From Acidobacteriota bacterium (GTDB taxonomy: Bacteria > Acidobacteriota > CAIWXX01), in assembly GCA_040755995.1 (NCBI GenBank), contig JBFMAF010000011.1, positions 1 to 64,000 on the forward strand: DNA of 64,000 bases, in the 5' to 3' direction. The translations under genes were made by a program, and so were the position numbers. Under the pieces are notes generated by a model. That model saw only the letters and a list, made by a program, of their open reading frames with translations, was not told the DNA's origin and made no database searches. Position 1 is the stretch's first letter. Each line of letters starts with the position of its first letter. This document shows positions 50,312-64,000 of this stretch, piece by piece.

Positions 50312-52306
50312 CTACTGGGCGTGTCTTGCGCGCCTGGAGTCCCAGTAGAGGTAGAGGCTGAGGAGCGCGAAGAGGGCGATGCCGGCGGGCTCGCCATATC
50401 GCGCGTACCACTCCGCGGGCGTGCCGTCCACCCATCTCTTGCCGTCGAGTACCTGCGGAATCCCGAGGCTGATGAACTGGCTCAGGCCGAAGAACCTGAC
50501 CACTACGCCGAGGATTCCCATCAGCGCACCGCCGGCGATGAACCCCGATGCGATGAGCGTCCCACGAGCGGATCGGGCGGCGCCCGTCTTCGCATCAGGG
50601 GCCCGGTTCTCCAGCAGGTGAGCGATGAACCCGCCGACGATCAGCGGCGTGTTGACCTCCATGGGGAGGTACATGCCGAGCGCTACCGGGAGCGGGCTGA
50701 TCTTGATCATCTGCATCACGATCGATATCAGGGCGCCGATTCCGTAAAGGATCCACGGCACGGGATTCTGGGACATCATCGATTCGATGATGGTCTTCAT
50801 GAGCTTGGCCTGCGGCGCCGGTGTCTTCTCCCACCCGTCGGTGGCATTAATAAGGAATATGGCGAGCCCCACGAACAAGGCGGCCAGAATGATCCCGGTG
50901 AACTTGAATCTTTCCTGATTGCGCGGGGTCGACCCGATCCAGTACCCGATCTTGAGGTCGGTGATGAACCCGCCGGCGACGCTCAGCGCCGTGCAGACGA
51001 CTCCGCCGATGAGCAGCGATGCGAACATCCCGGGTCTCCCCTCCAGACCCATCTTCATCAGGACCAGGCTGCCGAGTATCAGCGTGACGAGCGTCATGCC
51101 GGACACGGGGTTGGTGCCGACGATGGCGGTTGCGTTCGCCGCGACCGTTGTAAACAGGAAGCTGAGGATGAAGGCGATCAGGATGCCGACGAGCGCGATC
51201 GAGAACGTTGTCAGGGTCTTGAAGAAGACCAGCAGCACGACGCCGGTGATGCCGATGACCATGATGACGGTGCTCATGCGGAGATCGCGGTCCGTGCGGA
51301 TGTTGGTCGCAACTCCCTTGGCGCCTTTGAATATCTCGTGGAAGCCGAGCGAAAAAGAGGCGAGGATGATCCTCGCCGACTTGATGATCCCAATGAACCC
51401 GGCGCAGGCCATGGCGCCGATGCCGATCGTGCGCGCGTACGTGCGAAAGATGTCACCGGCGGCCATCTCGGAGAGTGGTGTCGTTCCGGGGTAGACGGGC
51501 ACGTTCACATGCTGGCCGATGTATCCGATCAGCGGAACGATCAGCCAGCAGGAGAAGAAGCTCCCGGCGCAGATGATGGCGGAATAGCGGAGACCGATGA
51601 TGTAGCCGAGGCCGAGCAGAGAAGAAAGACCGTCTACTCTGAAGATGATCTTCGCCTTTTCGGTCAGTGCCCGGCCCCATTCGAAACTCTGCAGCGTGAT
51701 GTTCTCCGTCCAGAGCGTCACGCTCCCGACGAGGAAATCGTATAGCCCGCCGATCGCCATCGCACCCAGCAGCACCTTCGCCTGCGCGCCGCCGGCCTCC
51801 CCCGTCACCAGCACCTCGGTCGTCGCAGTGGCCTCGGGGTACGGCAGCTTCCCGTGGAGCTCCGCAACGAAGTACCGTCGAAGCGGTATCAAGAACGCGA
51901 TGCCGAGACATCCGCCCAGCAGCGCCACCAGGAATATCTGATAGAGACTCGGGCTCAACTCGAGCATGAACAGCGCCGGGATCGTGAAGATCGCTCCGGC
52001 CACCACCACACCGCTCGCGGCGCCGATCGACTGAATGATCACGTTCTCGAGAATGGTGTTCTTGCGCCGGAAGAGATTCCCGAGGCCCACGGCCAGGATC
52101 GAAATCGGTATGGCCGCCTCGAACACCTGCCCGACCTTCAGCCCCAGATAGGTCGCCGCAAACGAAAAGATGACGCACATGAACATCCCGGCCGCAAGCG
52201 ACCGCGTCGTCACCTCTTCGATCACCCGCCCCGCCGGTACGAACGGCTGGTACTGCTCGCCGGATTTGAGCTCCTTGTACGCGTTCTCTGGAAGTCGCTG
52301 AGCCAT
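50312..52306 (-). CDS. OPT family oligopeptide transporter
   Basis: YLGLKVGQVFEAAIP, ENVIIQ, LPYPEATAT, NPVSG, TDLKIG and PAPQA motifs. Confidence 0.93.
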   Translation of the reverse strand: MAQRLPENAYKELKSGEQYQPFVPAGRVIEEVTTRSLAAGMFMCVIFSFAATYLGLKVGQVFEAAIPISILAVGLGNLFRRKNTILENVIIQSIGAASGVVVAGAIFTIPALFMLELSPSLYQIFLVALLGGCLGIAFLIPLRRYFVAELHGKLPYPEATATTEVLVTGEAGGAQAKVLLGAMAIGGLYDFLVGSVTLWTENITLQSFEWGRALTEKAKIIFRVDGLSSLLGLGYIIGLRYSAIICAGSFFSCWLIVPLIGYIGQHVNVPVYPGTTPLSEMAAGDIFRTYARTIGIGAMACAGFIGIIKSARIILASFSLGFHEIFKGAKGVATNIRTDRDLRMSTVIMVIGITGVVLLVFFKTLTTFSIALVGILIAFILSFLFTTVAANATAIVGTNPVSGMTLVTLILGSLVLMKMGLEGRPGMFASLLIGGVVCTALSVAGGFITDLKIGYWIGSTPRNQERFKFTGIILAALFVGLAIFLINATDGWEKTPAPQAKLMKTIIESMMSQNPVPWILYGIGALISIVMQMIKISPLPVALGMYLPMEVNTPLIVGGFIAHLLENRAPDAKTGAARSARGTLIASGFIAGGALMGILGVVVRFFGLSQFISLGIPQVLDGKRWVDGTPAEWYARYGEPAGIALFALLSLYLYWDSRRARHAQ

Positions 52307-52331
52307 CGCAGCCCGTCTCCTGTGTGAATAG

Positions 52332-52367
52332 AGTTGACAGTTGTCGGTTGTCAGTTGTCAGTTGTCG
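52332..52367. repeat. Heptamer tandem repeat (AGTTGTC-like, about 5 units)
   Basis: agttgacagttgtcggttgtcagttgtcagttgtcg. Confidence 0.85.
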
Positions 52368-52479
52368 AACGGTATCGGTCGCGGCCCGAAGCAGCGCGCG
52401 TGGGGAGAACCGATGTTGAGTCCATACAGCGCGACACAAATCGCGCTGTATGAGCACGATCCCAGCCATTGCGCCCCAG

Positions 52480-52504
52480 ATCTGAAATCTGAAATCTGAA
52501 AATC
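52480..52504. repeat. Heptamer tandem repeat (ATCTGAA x3)
   Basis: atctgaaatctgaaatctgaaaatc directly after the S9 peptidase stop. Confidence 0.8.
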
Positions 52505-54539
52505 ATCTCAGGTACTTCCGCCACCAGTCCAGAATGCGATTCATTCGATCGAGCCTGTGGAGCGGCTCGCCTCCGTATCGCCACTCGTGGCTCTCTCGCG
52601 GGTAGCACAGGAAGGTTACATCCTTGCCCAGCCGCTTGAGCGTGACGAACCATTGTTCGGCCTGGTCGACACCCGTCCGGTAATCGTCTTCGCCGTGTAT
52701 GATGAGTAGCGGCGTCGTCACGTTCTTCGCGTACGTGATCGGCGAGAGCCTCCTGTACAGTGCTTCGTTCTCCCAAGGCAGTCCCAGCTCGTTCTCCCAA
52801 TCGACCTGGCAGTCATCCGTGCCGTAACTGCTGTAGTAGTTCGACAGCCCTTCCTCCGAAACGGCCGCCTTGAAGCGGTTTGTATGTCCGACAATCCAGT
52901 TGGTCATGATGCCGCCGTAGCTGAGCCCTGTGACGGCCATCCGCTTCTCGTCGACGTATCCAGTGGCCAGGGCCGCATCCACGGCGGCCATGAGGTCCTG
53001 GTAGTCGAGCTCCCCCCAGTTCGCTTTGATACAATCGACGAATGCCTGACCATAGCCGCTGCTGCCCCGTGGATTCGCGTAGAGAATCACATAGCCAGCT
53101 CCCGCCCACACCTGCCTCTCGAAGCTGAACGCGTTTCCGTAAAACCAGATGGGGCCACCATGGATCGCAAGAATAAGCGGATACTTCTTCGAGGGATCGA
53201 AGCCGGGCGGCTTGAGAAGCCACCCGTCGACCGGTGTCCCGTCCTTCGAGCGGATGCGGAGCCGTTCCGGCGCAACCACACACCGATCCTTCAGCCTGTC
53301 CCGCTGATGGAAGGTCAGCCGCTGAGCCGAGCTGCCGTCGATCGTCGAAACGTAGAGCTCCGTCGATTCGGTCGCAGTCTGCCGGCCATGCAGAAGCCTC
53401 TTGTCGGCATTCACAAGATGCGGGTACTCGATCTGGCCCTCGATGCCCAGCACTCGCTCGGGCCGGCCTCCACGCACCGCGTCGCACCGGTAGAGGACCG
53501 CATCGGGGCCAATCTGAAGCACGACATAAACAGACTTGCCGTCGCGACTCCACCTCGGCGCACACTCCCAACCGTCATCATATCCCTCGTAGGTCACATT
53601 CCGGTCGAATGCGCCGGTGAGGTTGCGTATGCTCGAGGCCATCCCCGCGGCCACGGGCAGATCCATGACCCAGAGATCGTCGGTCGCGTAGTAGTCGTTC
53701 GGCCGGCGCGCGCGTAAGAACGCGACACGGCGTCCATCGGGCGAATAGCGCGCCCGAGCCTCTCCTTCGGGCGTCTCCGTGATCCGGCGAAACGCGTACG
53801 GGTCCGCCGTCCCAGTCAAGGAGACCGTGCAGATGTCGCTGTTGTAGTTGAAATCGTGATCGGTCGTGACGTTCGCAGTAAAGAGGATGGTCTTCCCGTC
53901 CGGCGAGTAGACGGGGCCGGCTATCGAGAAGAGGTCATCTGTGAGCCGGCGGACCTGCCCGGTTCTCACGTCGCCTTCGTAAATCTGTTCCTCGTGCTCG
54001 TCCAGATAACCGACGTCGTCGATTCTGTACCGAAATCTCGTGATGACCTTCACGTCGGTCGCAGGCTCCGGTCGCGGCACCTTCGCCAGAAAACAGATCC
54101 GCTTCGAATCCGGCGCCCACGCGATCGAAGACATGTCGGAATCGAGACTGAAAGCCACGTACGGCTCACCACCTCTGCGCCTCAGCAGGTAGACCAGCGC
54201 CTTCCCGCCGCGATCGCTTACGAATGCGATCCACTCGCCGTCCGGTGAGTAGCGCGGCTCGGTGTCGCGACAATCCCCTCGAGTCAACTGCACCGGCGGC
54301 TCGCCGCCCGCAAGGCCGACCTCATAGATGTTGCTGCAGTAGGCGTTCTTCGCGCGATCGATCGTGGTCAAAACATATGCGGCATGCCGCCCGTCAGGTG
54401 CTACGACCGGATCAGAGATCCCGCACTCCTTCCAGAGATCCTCGGGGGTGAGCGGCCTCAAGTCGCCGGAATAAGCCGGCCGCCACCAGAGGCAACAAAC
54501 GAGGAGAGCCAGCAACACCCGCATAGCCAAGCGATGCAT
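52503..54539 (-). CDS. S9 family peptidase with PD40 propeller
   Basis: Signal peptide; HGGP, NPRGSSGYG, GLSYGG, HGEDDYR and ESH motifs. Confidence 0.94.
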   Translation of the reverse strand: MHRLAMRVLLALLVCCLWWRPAYSGDLRPLTPEDLWKECGISDPVVAPDGRHAAYVLTTIDRAKNAYCSNIYEVGLAGGEPPVQLTRGDCRDTEPRYSPDGEWIAFVSDRGGKALVYLLRRRGGEPYVAFSLDSDMSSIAWAPDSKRICFLAKVPRPEPATDVKVITRFRYRIDDVGYLDEHEEQIYEGDVRTGQVRRLTDDLFSIAGPVYSPDGKTILFTANVTTDHDFNYNSDICTVSLTGTADPYAFRRITETPEGEARARYSPDGRRVAFLRARRPNDYYATDDLWVMDLPVAAGMASSIRNLTGAFDRNVTYEGYDDGWECAPRWSRDGKSVYVVLQIGPDAVLYRCDAVRGGRPERVLGIEGQIEYPHLVNADKRLLHGRQTATESTELYVSTIDGSSAQRLTFHQRDRLKDRCVVAPERLRIRSKDGTPVDGWLLKPPGFDPSKKYPLILAIHGGPIWFYGNAFSFERQVWAGAGYVILYANPRGSSGYGQAFVDCIKANWGELDYQDLMAAVDAALATGYVDEKRMAVTGLSYGGIMTNWIVGHTNRFKAAVSEEGLSNYYSSYGTDDCQVDWENELGLPWENEALYRRLSPITYAKNVTTPLLIIHGEDDYRTGVDQAEQWFVTLKRLGKDVTFLCYPRESHEWRYGGEPLHRLDRMNRILDWWRKYLR

Positions 54540-54591
54540 TCTATTACACTCACCACTTCGCCGCTACAAGCGAAGTGGAGCAAGTCGGATA

Positions 54592-54673
54592 GTTGAGAGT
54601 TGTGGGTTGTCAGTTGGCCCAAGGCCGCGGAGGGTGGCTCAGAACTCCCAACTGACAACCGTGGCCAGACAAC
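54592..54673. repeat. Inverted pair of heptamer runs (AGTTGNN / NNCAACT)
   Basis: agttgagagttgtgggttgtcagttg ... aactcccaactgacaacc ... acaact. Confidence 0.7.
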
Positions 54674-54788
54674 TGCCCCCTCCGCGCCCTCCGTTGGATT
54701 CGGCCCCCGAAGCGAAGATTAAAGGGTTTTCACGATTTGACCTCCGGCTTCCTGTTATGGTAAAAAGACCCCCTTTGGACAGGCGGAT

Positions 54789-55205
54789 ATGATCAGTATA
54801 GACGCGTCAGTCTTCATCATCATCGCGGTCATCGTTTTTCTCGTCTTCGCCCTCAACCGTCTTTTCTTCAGACCAGTGCTCCGGACGATGGAGGCCCGTG
54901 ATCAGCAGATCACGGGACGCCAGCAGGAAGCGTCGCGGATGCTCGAGGAGCATGCGAAGCAGTTCGCCGCGTTCCAGGCCGAGCTCGGCAAGGCTCGGCG
55001 CCAGGCGGGCGACTTCAAGGCGCGGGAGCGAAGCGAAGCGCAGCGGATGGGCAGCGACGAGATCGGCTCCGCCCAGCGCGCTGCGCACCAGCGCCTCGAG
55101 CAACAACTGGTGAGCCTGGATCAGCAGAAGTCGCGCGCGCGCGCCGATCTCTCGGCTCACATCGCGAAACTGGCACAGACCATCGCCGGGTACTTCGTCC
55201 GATGA
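54789..55205 (+). CDS. ATP synthase F0 subunit b'
   Basis: N-terminal TM, LFFRPVLRTMEARD, coiled coil; precedes atpF. Confidence 0.85.
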   Translation: MISIDASVFIIIAVIVFLVFALNRLFFRPVLRTMEARDQQITGRQQEASRMLEEHAKQFAAFQAELGKARRQAGDFKARERSEAQRMGSDEIGSAQRAAHQRLEQQLVSLDQQKSRARADLSAHIAKLAQTIAGYFVR

Positions 55206-55786
55206 AGAGAACACTAGCAGCCGTCGCTCTACTACTCCTGCTTGCGATCCCCGTCCTCGCCCTGACCGAGACCGAGCACGAAGGTTCACCTGAGGGCGAA
55301 CACCACCAGAGCCTCGTTTCCCAGATCGCCCCGTACATCAACTTCGCCATACTCGTCGGGTTGCTCGTCTATCTGACGCGCAAGCCCATGGCCGAGTTCC
55401 TCGCGCAGAAACGCGAGGCGATCCAGAAGATGTTGAAGGACTCCGAGGCTGCGCGCGACGCGGCGGTCAGGAAGATGGACGAGCTGCAGGCGAGGCTCGA
55501 TGGGCTCCAGGGAGAGATCGATCAGATAAGAGCCAATGCGGAACGGGAGGCGCAGGCCGAGAAAGAGCGCCTCCTCCAGGAGGCCAAAGAGGAGGCCAGG
55601 CGGATACTCGATGCGACCGACAAGGAGGTCTCGAATCGAGTGAAGCTGGCCATGCGCGAGCTGAAAGCGTTCGCGGCGACCGAGGCGGTGGCGCAGGCCG
55701 AGGAGATCATCAAGCAGAACCTGGGTGACGAGAACCAAGAGTCCCTCATCAACAAGTACCTGGACAACCTCTCGAGAAGCTCATGA
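55202..55786 (+). CDS. atpF: ATP synthase F0 subunit b
   Basis: INFAILVGLLVYLTRKPM...; N-terminal signal-like extension. Confidence 0.9.
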   Translation: MKRTLAAVALLLLLAIPVLALTETEHEGSPEGEHHQSLVSQIAPYINFAILVGLLVYLTRKPMAEFLAQKREAIQKMLKDSEAARDAAVRKMDELQARLDGLQGEIDQIRANAEREAQAEKERLLQEAKEEARRILDATDKEVSNRVKLAMRELKAFAATEAVAQAEEIIKQNLGDENQESLINKYLDNLSRSS

Positions 55787-56325
55787 TTGTCGAAATTCTG
55801 GCCAGAAGATACGCAAAGGCGTTCGTGAACACGCTCGCGAGCCCGGCCGAGTTCTCCGCGGCCATGGCGGACCTGAAGAGGGTGGATTCACTCATTGCGG
55901 AGCACAAGGACCTGCGCGATGCGCTCTTCCACCCTTCTCTGCCCAACCAGAAGAAGAGCGACGTCCTGCGGAGCGTTCTGTCCCTGCTGAAGATATCGGC
56001 GAAGGCGGAGAGCTTTTGCCTGGCGGTCGTGCAGCGCGGCCGGATCATCATAATCCGCGAGATCGTGGCCGCGGTGGAGAAGGAGTGGGAGCGGCGGCGG
56101 AGGATCGTGGAAGTCGAGATTCGCAGTGCGATTCCGCTCAAGTCGGCACAGCGCGAACGCCTGGAAGCGGAGCTCGCGCGCATCACGAGCTCCATGCTCA
56201 AGCCCATCTACAAGCTCGACAGCTCGGTGATGGCCGGTGTGGTGGCGCGGATCGGGACGACTTACTACGACGGTAGTCTGAAAGGCCAGCTCGAGCGGAT
56301 CCGCCAGACGCTCACCGAGAGCTGA
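55783..56325 (+). CDS. atpH: ATP synthase F1 delta
   Basis: ARRYAKA...SAIPL...DGSLKGQL. Confidence 0.95.
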   Translation: MIVEILARRYAKAFVNTLASPAEFSAAMADLKRVDSLIAEHKDLRDALFHPSLPNQKKSDVLRSVLSLLKISAKAESFCLAVVQRGRIIIIREIVAAVEKEWERRRRIVEVEIRSAIPLKSAQRERLEAELARITSSMLKPIYKLDSSVMAGVVARIGTTYYDGSLKGQLERIRQTLTES

Positions 56326-56467
56326 ACCGCGCGCGTACACGATGAGCCGGAACACCATGTTCTCAGCGATGGATCGGGCGGGATCCACGATGATAGTGAA
56401 ATCCTCATGGAGTAGTTCGTTCCCGAACGACATATTCGACTACATGTCTTACTAGTCCGGAGTGCAT

Positions 56468-58000
<1,533 letters not shown>

Positions 58001-58025
58001 CTGATTTCTCCGGAGGAAAAGCGCG

Positions 58026-58877
<852 letters not shown>

Positions 58878-58916
58878 GGCCAGCGGAATGGCAAGGTTGA
58901 ATGCCGGCATGAATGA

Positions 58917-60365
<1,449 letters not shown>

Positions 60366-60383
60366 GTCGAAGGGCGATTACCC

Positions 60384-60827
60384 ATGGCAAACACGTTTCA
60401 GCTCATCATCGTGACTCCGGAGCGGCAGGTGGTGTTGGAGGAGGTGGAGGAGCTTACCGTGCCGGGCACCGGCGGGTACGTCGGCGTTCTTCCCGGCCAC
60501 ACGCCTCTGCTGACGACACTCAAGGCCGGTGAGGTCTCGTTCCGCATGGGTACGGCGCATCGCTACCTTGCTACAAGCCGGGGAGTCGTGGAGGTCCTGC
60601 CGGAGAAGGTCACGCTGCTCGTCGAGACGGCCGAGGCGGCTGAGGAAATCGACGTCGACCGCGCGAGCACGGCACGGCAGCAGGCCGAGAAAGCGCTCTC
60701 CGCGCTGCTCAGAACGCCGCTGGAAGACGACTCCGAGTTCAAGCAGGCGGAGGCACGCCTTCAGAGAGCGGTGGTGCGTTTGCAGGTTGCCCGCAAGGGC
60801 CCTGCGGCTCCACCGGCGCATTCCTAG
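60384..60827 (+). CDS. atpC: ATP synthase F1 epsilon
   Basis: IVTPE...GVLPGHTPL. Confidence 0.97.
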   Translation: MANTFQLIIVTPERQVVLEEVEELTVPGTGGYVGVLPGHTPLLTTLKAGEVSFRMGTAHRYLATSRGVVEVLPEKVTLLVETAEAAEEIDVDRASTARQQAEKALSALLRTPLEDDSEFKQAEARLQRAVVRLQVARKGPAAPPAHS

Positions 60828-60918
60828 AGAGGCCCGCCGGGGCTCCACTGCATCAACCGTGACATGCCTCGTGGGTCTGAGGCACAGCCTCGCTAGGCGA
60901 CAGGAGGCCAGAGACACC

Positions 60919-61052
60919 TTGCGATTGAGTCACATTCTTGGAGTGATGCGTCATCACCACACCGGAGTTGTCCACTCTCCACTCTCTACTCTCTACGCGG
61001 GGCGCGGCCGAAGCAGCCTCGCATGGTTCACCGGTCTGAGGCCGCGCCTCGC
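60919..61052. repeat. REP/MITE-like element copy 2 (heptamer run 60973-60996 plus hairpin 60997-61052)
   Basis: Matches 1-136; partial extra right end at about 60863-60895. Confidence 0.8.
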
Positions 61053-61103
61053 CAACGCGGGGACGCCGTTTCGGCAGGCTGAGCGGCTGTAACGGAGGCT
61101 TCA

Positions 61104-61901
61104 TTGCTGAAGAATCTCGCCACCCTGCTCCGATACCGGGTGCTGCTCCAGACTCTCGTCAGTCGTGAGCTGAAGGGGCGTTATCGCGGCTCATTCTTCG
61201 GCTTCCTCTGGTCGTTCTTCAACCCTCTGCTCCTGATGGTTGTCTACTCCCTCGTATTCAGCTACATCCTCAAGCAGCGCGATCCCGAGACGACTCCCTA
61301 TGCCCTGTTCCTGTTCTGCGGTCTCCTTCCATGGACATGGTTCTCGTCCTCAATATTGGAGGCGTCGAATTCTCTGATGGTCAACGCGGGGCTGATCAAG
61401 AAGATACTATTCCCGGCGGAGGTCCTTCCGCTCGTGAACATCCTGGCCAACCTGGTTCACTTCCTGCTGGGTCTGCCTATCCTGCTCATCTTCGTCCTCT
61501 ACTATCAGCACCACCTCACAGTCTATTTTCTCTGCCTCCCTATCGTCCTGCTGGTGCAGCTCATCTTCACGGCGGGGCTCGGCTTCCTCGTGGCGGCGCT
61601 CAGCGTTCACTTCCGTGATCTCCAGAACATACTGGCCAACCTTTTGACTCTCTGGTTCTTCGCGACGCCCATCATCTATCCCATGACCTTTCCGGGCGTC
61701 CGCGAGTCCACCACGTTCAAGACAGTCCTGAACCTGAACCCCGTGACCCATCTCATGGAGGGCTACCAATCGACGATCTTCTACGGCCGGATGTTTGACG
61801 TGCGCGCGCTCGGCATCACGCTCCTCGTGTCGCTGGCCTTGTTCCTTCTGGGGTACTATGTGTTCGACGCGCTGAGGGACTCGTACCCGGAGGAGGTCTG
61901 A
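61104..61901 (+). CDS. wzm: ABC-2 polysaccharide export permease
   Basis: RELKGRYRGSFFGFLW, GLLPW, FRDLQ, TPIIYP and NP motifs. Confidence 0.93.
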   Translation: MLKNLATLLRYRVLLQTLVSRELKGRYRGSFFGFLWSFFNPLLLMVVYSLVFSYILKQRDPETTPYALFLFCGLLPWTWFSSSILEASNSLMVNAGLIKKILFPAEVLPLVNILANLVHFLLGLPILLIFVLYYQHHLTVYFLCLPIVLLVQLIFTAGLGFLVAALSVHFRDLQNILANLLTLWFFATPIIYPMTFPGVRESTTFKTVLNLNPVTHLMEGYQSTIFYGRMFDVRALGITLLVSLALFLLGYYVFDALRDSYPEEV

Positions 61902-63205
61902 TGCCGTCGATATCGGCGAAGGGGGTCTCGAAGATCTACCGGAGGTACGCGTCGCGGCGCAGGTTTCAGACTCTGAAGAGCGCGATTCTGAGCGGCAACC
62001 TGCTCAAGGAGCTCCGCCCCGAAGAGACCTTCACGGCGCTCAAGGACGTCACGTTCGACGTCAACGACGGCGAGACGCTCGGGATCATCGGCCAGAACGG
62101 CTCGGGCAAGAGCACCCTTCTCAAGATCGTCGCAGGAATCTCCAAGCCAACCACAGGCACGATCTGGCATCGAGGCCGGCTCAGCGCCCTCATCGAGCTG
62201 GGGGCCGGCTTCCACCCCGAGATCACCGGCCGCGAGAATGTATACATCAACGGCATCATGCTCGGATTGACCAAGAAAGAGATCAACCAGCGGTTCGACC
62301 AGATCGTCAAATTCGCCGAGCTGGAGGATTTCATCGACAGCCCGGTCAAGACCTATTCCTCGGGCATGTACATGCGGCTCGGATTCGCCGTGGCGATCAA
62401 CGTCGACCCGGAGATCCTGCTGATCGACGAGGTACTGGCCGTCGGCGACGCCGCCTTCATTCCAAAATGCCTCGACAAGATCCACGAGTTCAAGCGCCGC
62501 AGGAAGACGATTCTGTTTGTCACCCACGGGTTGGATGCCGTGGAGCTCCTCTGCGATCGTGCAATGTGGTTGAAGGGCGGCGAGCTGCAGCGACTCGGAA
62601 ACCCGAGGGTGGTCTGCGACGCATACCTGTCCTATATCACCGGGCACGAAGAGGTCCAGATGGCCGAATCGCAGGCCGAGAGCCAGCAGGCAGCAGAGGC
62701 CGCCCCGTCTTCGCAGGCCGACGAAGACAGTCGATCGCCGAAACGATGGGGATCACGCGAGATCGAGATCTACGAGGTGAAGATGTTCGATTCCCAGAAG
62801 CGGGAGAAGTACGTGTTCCAGAGCGGCGAGCCGGCCATCATACGCTTGAAGGCATGGTCCCGCGAGCCCATCAAGGACTTCGTCTTCGGCATCGGCATCT
62901 TCAACAGCAACGGCGTCCACTGCTACGGCTCGAACACGAACATCGAGAAGTACGACCCGGTGTCATTCGAAGGTGAGGGCACCATCGAGCTGCGCCTGGA
63001 ATCGCTCGACCTGATCGAAGGAAGCTACTTCTTGGACCTGGCTGCGCACCGGCGCGACGGCCACCCCTACGACTACCACCGTTCGAAGCTCAGGATCCGA
63101 GTCCATTCCAAGATCAAGGACGTCGGCATCTTCCGGCCTCGCCATGCGTGGAGTTTCTCGCCGGAGATCCGGATGAAGCCGTCGCTGCCCGTACCTCCTT
63201 CATGA
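61901..63205 (+). CDS. wzt: ABC polysaccharide export ATPase with Wzt-C domain
   Basis: [14 protein letters not shown] and DEVLAVGD motifs; C-terminal domain starting RWGSRE. Confidence 0.94.
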   Translation: MPSISAKGVSKIYRRYASRRRFQTLKSAILSGNLLKELRPEETFTALKDVTFDVNDGETLGIIGQNGSGKSTLLKIVAGISKPTTGTIWHRGRLSALIELGAGFHPEITGRENVYINGIMLGLTKKEINQRFDQIVKFAELEDFIDSPVKTYSSGMYMRLGFAVAINVDPEILLIDEVLAVGDAAFIPKCLDKIHEFKRRRKTILFVTHGLDAVELLCDRAMWLKGGELQRLGNPRVVCDAYLSYITGHEEVQMAESQAESQQAAEAAPSSQADEDSRSPKRWGSREIEIYEVKMFDSQKREKYVFQSGEPAIIRLKAWSREPIKDFVFGIGIFNSNGVHCYGSNTNIEKYDPVSFEGEGTIELRLESLDLIEGSYFLDLAAHRRDGHPYDYHRSKLRIRVHSKIKDVGIFRPRHAWSFSPEIRMKPSLPVPPS

Positions 63206-63687
63206 GCACCCCTCCCTTGCACAAGATCGTCGCGCGTTCGAAGATCGGGCGGGTGCTCGATCGCGCGCGGCGCGCCGGCAGAATCATCGTCTTCACCAAC
63301 GGCTGCTTCGATCTTCTGCACGCCGGACACGTGAAGCTGCTTCAGAAGGCCCGCAGTCTCGGTGATGTGCTCGTCGTGGGGCTGAACTCGGATCGCAGCG
63401 TGAGACGGCTCAAGGGGGCTCAGCGCCCGCTGGCCTCGGCCGCCGACCGCGCAACCGTCCTGAGCGCCCTCGCATGCGTCGACTACGTCGTCACATTCGG
63501 CGAGGACACGCCGCTCGATCTTATACGCCAGGTGAAACCCGACGTGCTCGTCAAGGGCGGCGACTACAAGCTCGACGAAATCGTCGGCGCCGACTTCGTG
63601 CGGCAGCGCAGAGGCTCGGTTCGCCGGTTCAGGCTCGTACCTGGCCGATCCACGAGCCTGTTGATGCGACGAATCCAGAGGTTGTAG
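63202..63687 (+). CDS. rfaE2: D-glycero-beta-D-manno-heptose 1-phosphate adenylyltransferase
   Basis: [21 protein letters not shown] and VKGGDY motifs. Confidence 0.92.
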   Translation: MSTPPLHKIVARSKIGRVLDRARRAGRIIVFTNGCFDLLHAGHVKLLQKARSLGDVLVVGLNSDRSVRRLKGAQRPLASAADRATVLSALACVDYVVTFGEDTPLDLIRQVKPDVLVKGGDYKLDEIVGADFVRQRRGSVRRFRLVPGRSTSLLMRRIQRL

Positions 63688-63721
63688 TGCCTCTGACTCG
63701 CAGACAACGGACGCTCGCAAA

Positions 63722-64000
63722 TTGACGCACGAGGGGCCTCCGCTCGAACAGCTCCTGCGGCGCCTGTCGGAGTGCCCGGCGGAGTTCATGGGGGAGCCGC
63801 GCGCCGGCGCACACGGTTGCATCCGCGTGGATGCCGTGGTCTCGGACCTGCTTGTCGATTTGGGGGGTTCGCCGCTTCCCCCGGACCGATGTGCCGCTTT
63901 CCAATCTTCCAATGCCAGGAAGGACCGCAACCGACTGGGATTGGTGCTGGTATCGAGCTGGCTCCTGCACGACGCGTGGTTCCGGGACCGGAGGACGTTC
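63722..64000 (+). CDS. Hypothetical protein, partial (runs off the window)
   Basis: Open frame MTHEGPPLEQLLRRLSECPAEFMGEP...WLLHDAWF. Confidence 0.65.
   Translation, partial: MTHEGPPLEQLLRRLSECPAEFMGEPRAGAHGCIRVDAVVSDLLVDLGGSPLPPDRCAAFQSSNARKDRNRLGLVLVSSWLLHDAWFRDRRTF

Noticed and set aside
52332..52504. Short repeats as a CRISPR array
   Set aside because: The units are 7 nt with no spacers, and there are no cas genes.

Overview
High-GC bacterial chromosomal window. Gene content and the split atp operon suggest an Acidobacteriota-like, probably anaerobic organism (inference). Housekeeping anchors are recA, pgsA, prfB with its programmed +1 frameshift, scoAB, prmA, atpF'FHAGDC, wzm/wzt and rfaE2. 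Between them lies a heavily reworked accessory zone: five type II toxin-antitoxin pairs, a disabled type I restriction-modification locus (hsdM and hsdS intact, hsdR and tcmP joined by a deletion, radC frameshifted) and many short gene shards. The most striking pattern is that accessory genes sit next to diverged, in-frame copies of pieces of resident genes. There are three copies of the hsdM 3' end, each coupled to the next gene, and two extra pieces of the CoA-activase gene next to TA modules, with no integrase or transposase in view. This suggests repeated homology-anchored gene capture. Other signals are a DnaA-box cluster near a switch in gene strand bias, a REP/MITE-like repeat, dispersed 7-8-mer tandem repeats, a cyanobacterial-type pteridine glycosyltransferase-like gene, a heptaheme cytochrome/membrane protein pair and an orphan 293-aa protein. 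No tRNA, rRNA or CRISPR array was seen. All family calls come from motif recognition by eye; no database searches were run.
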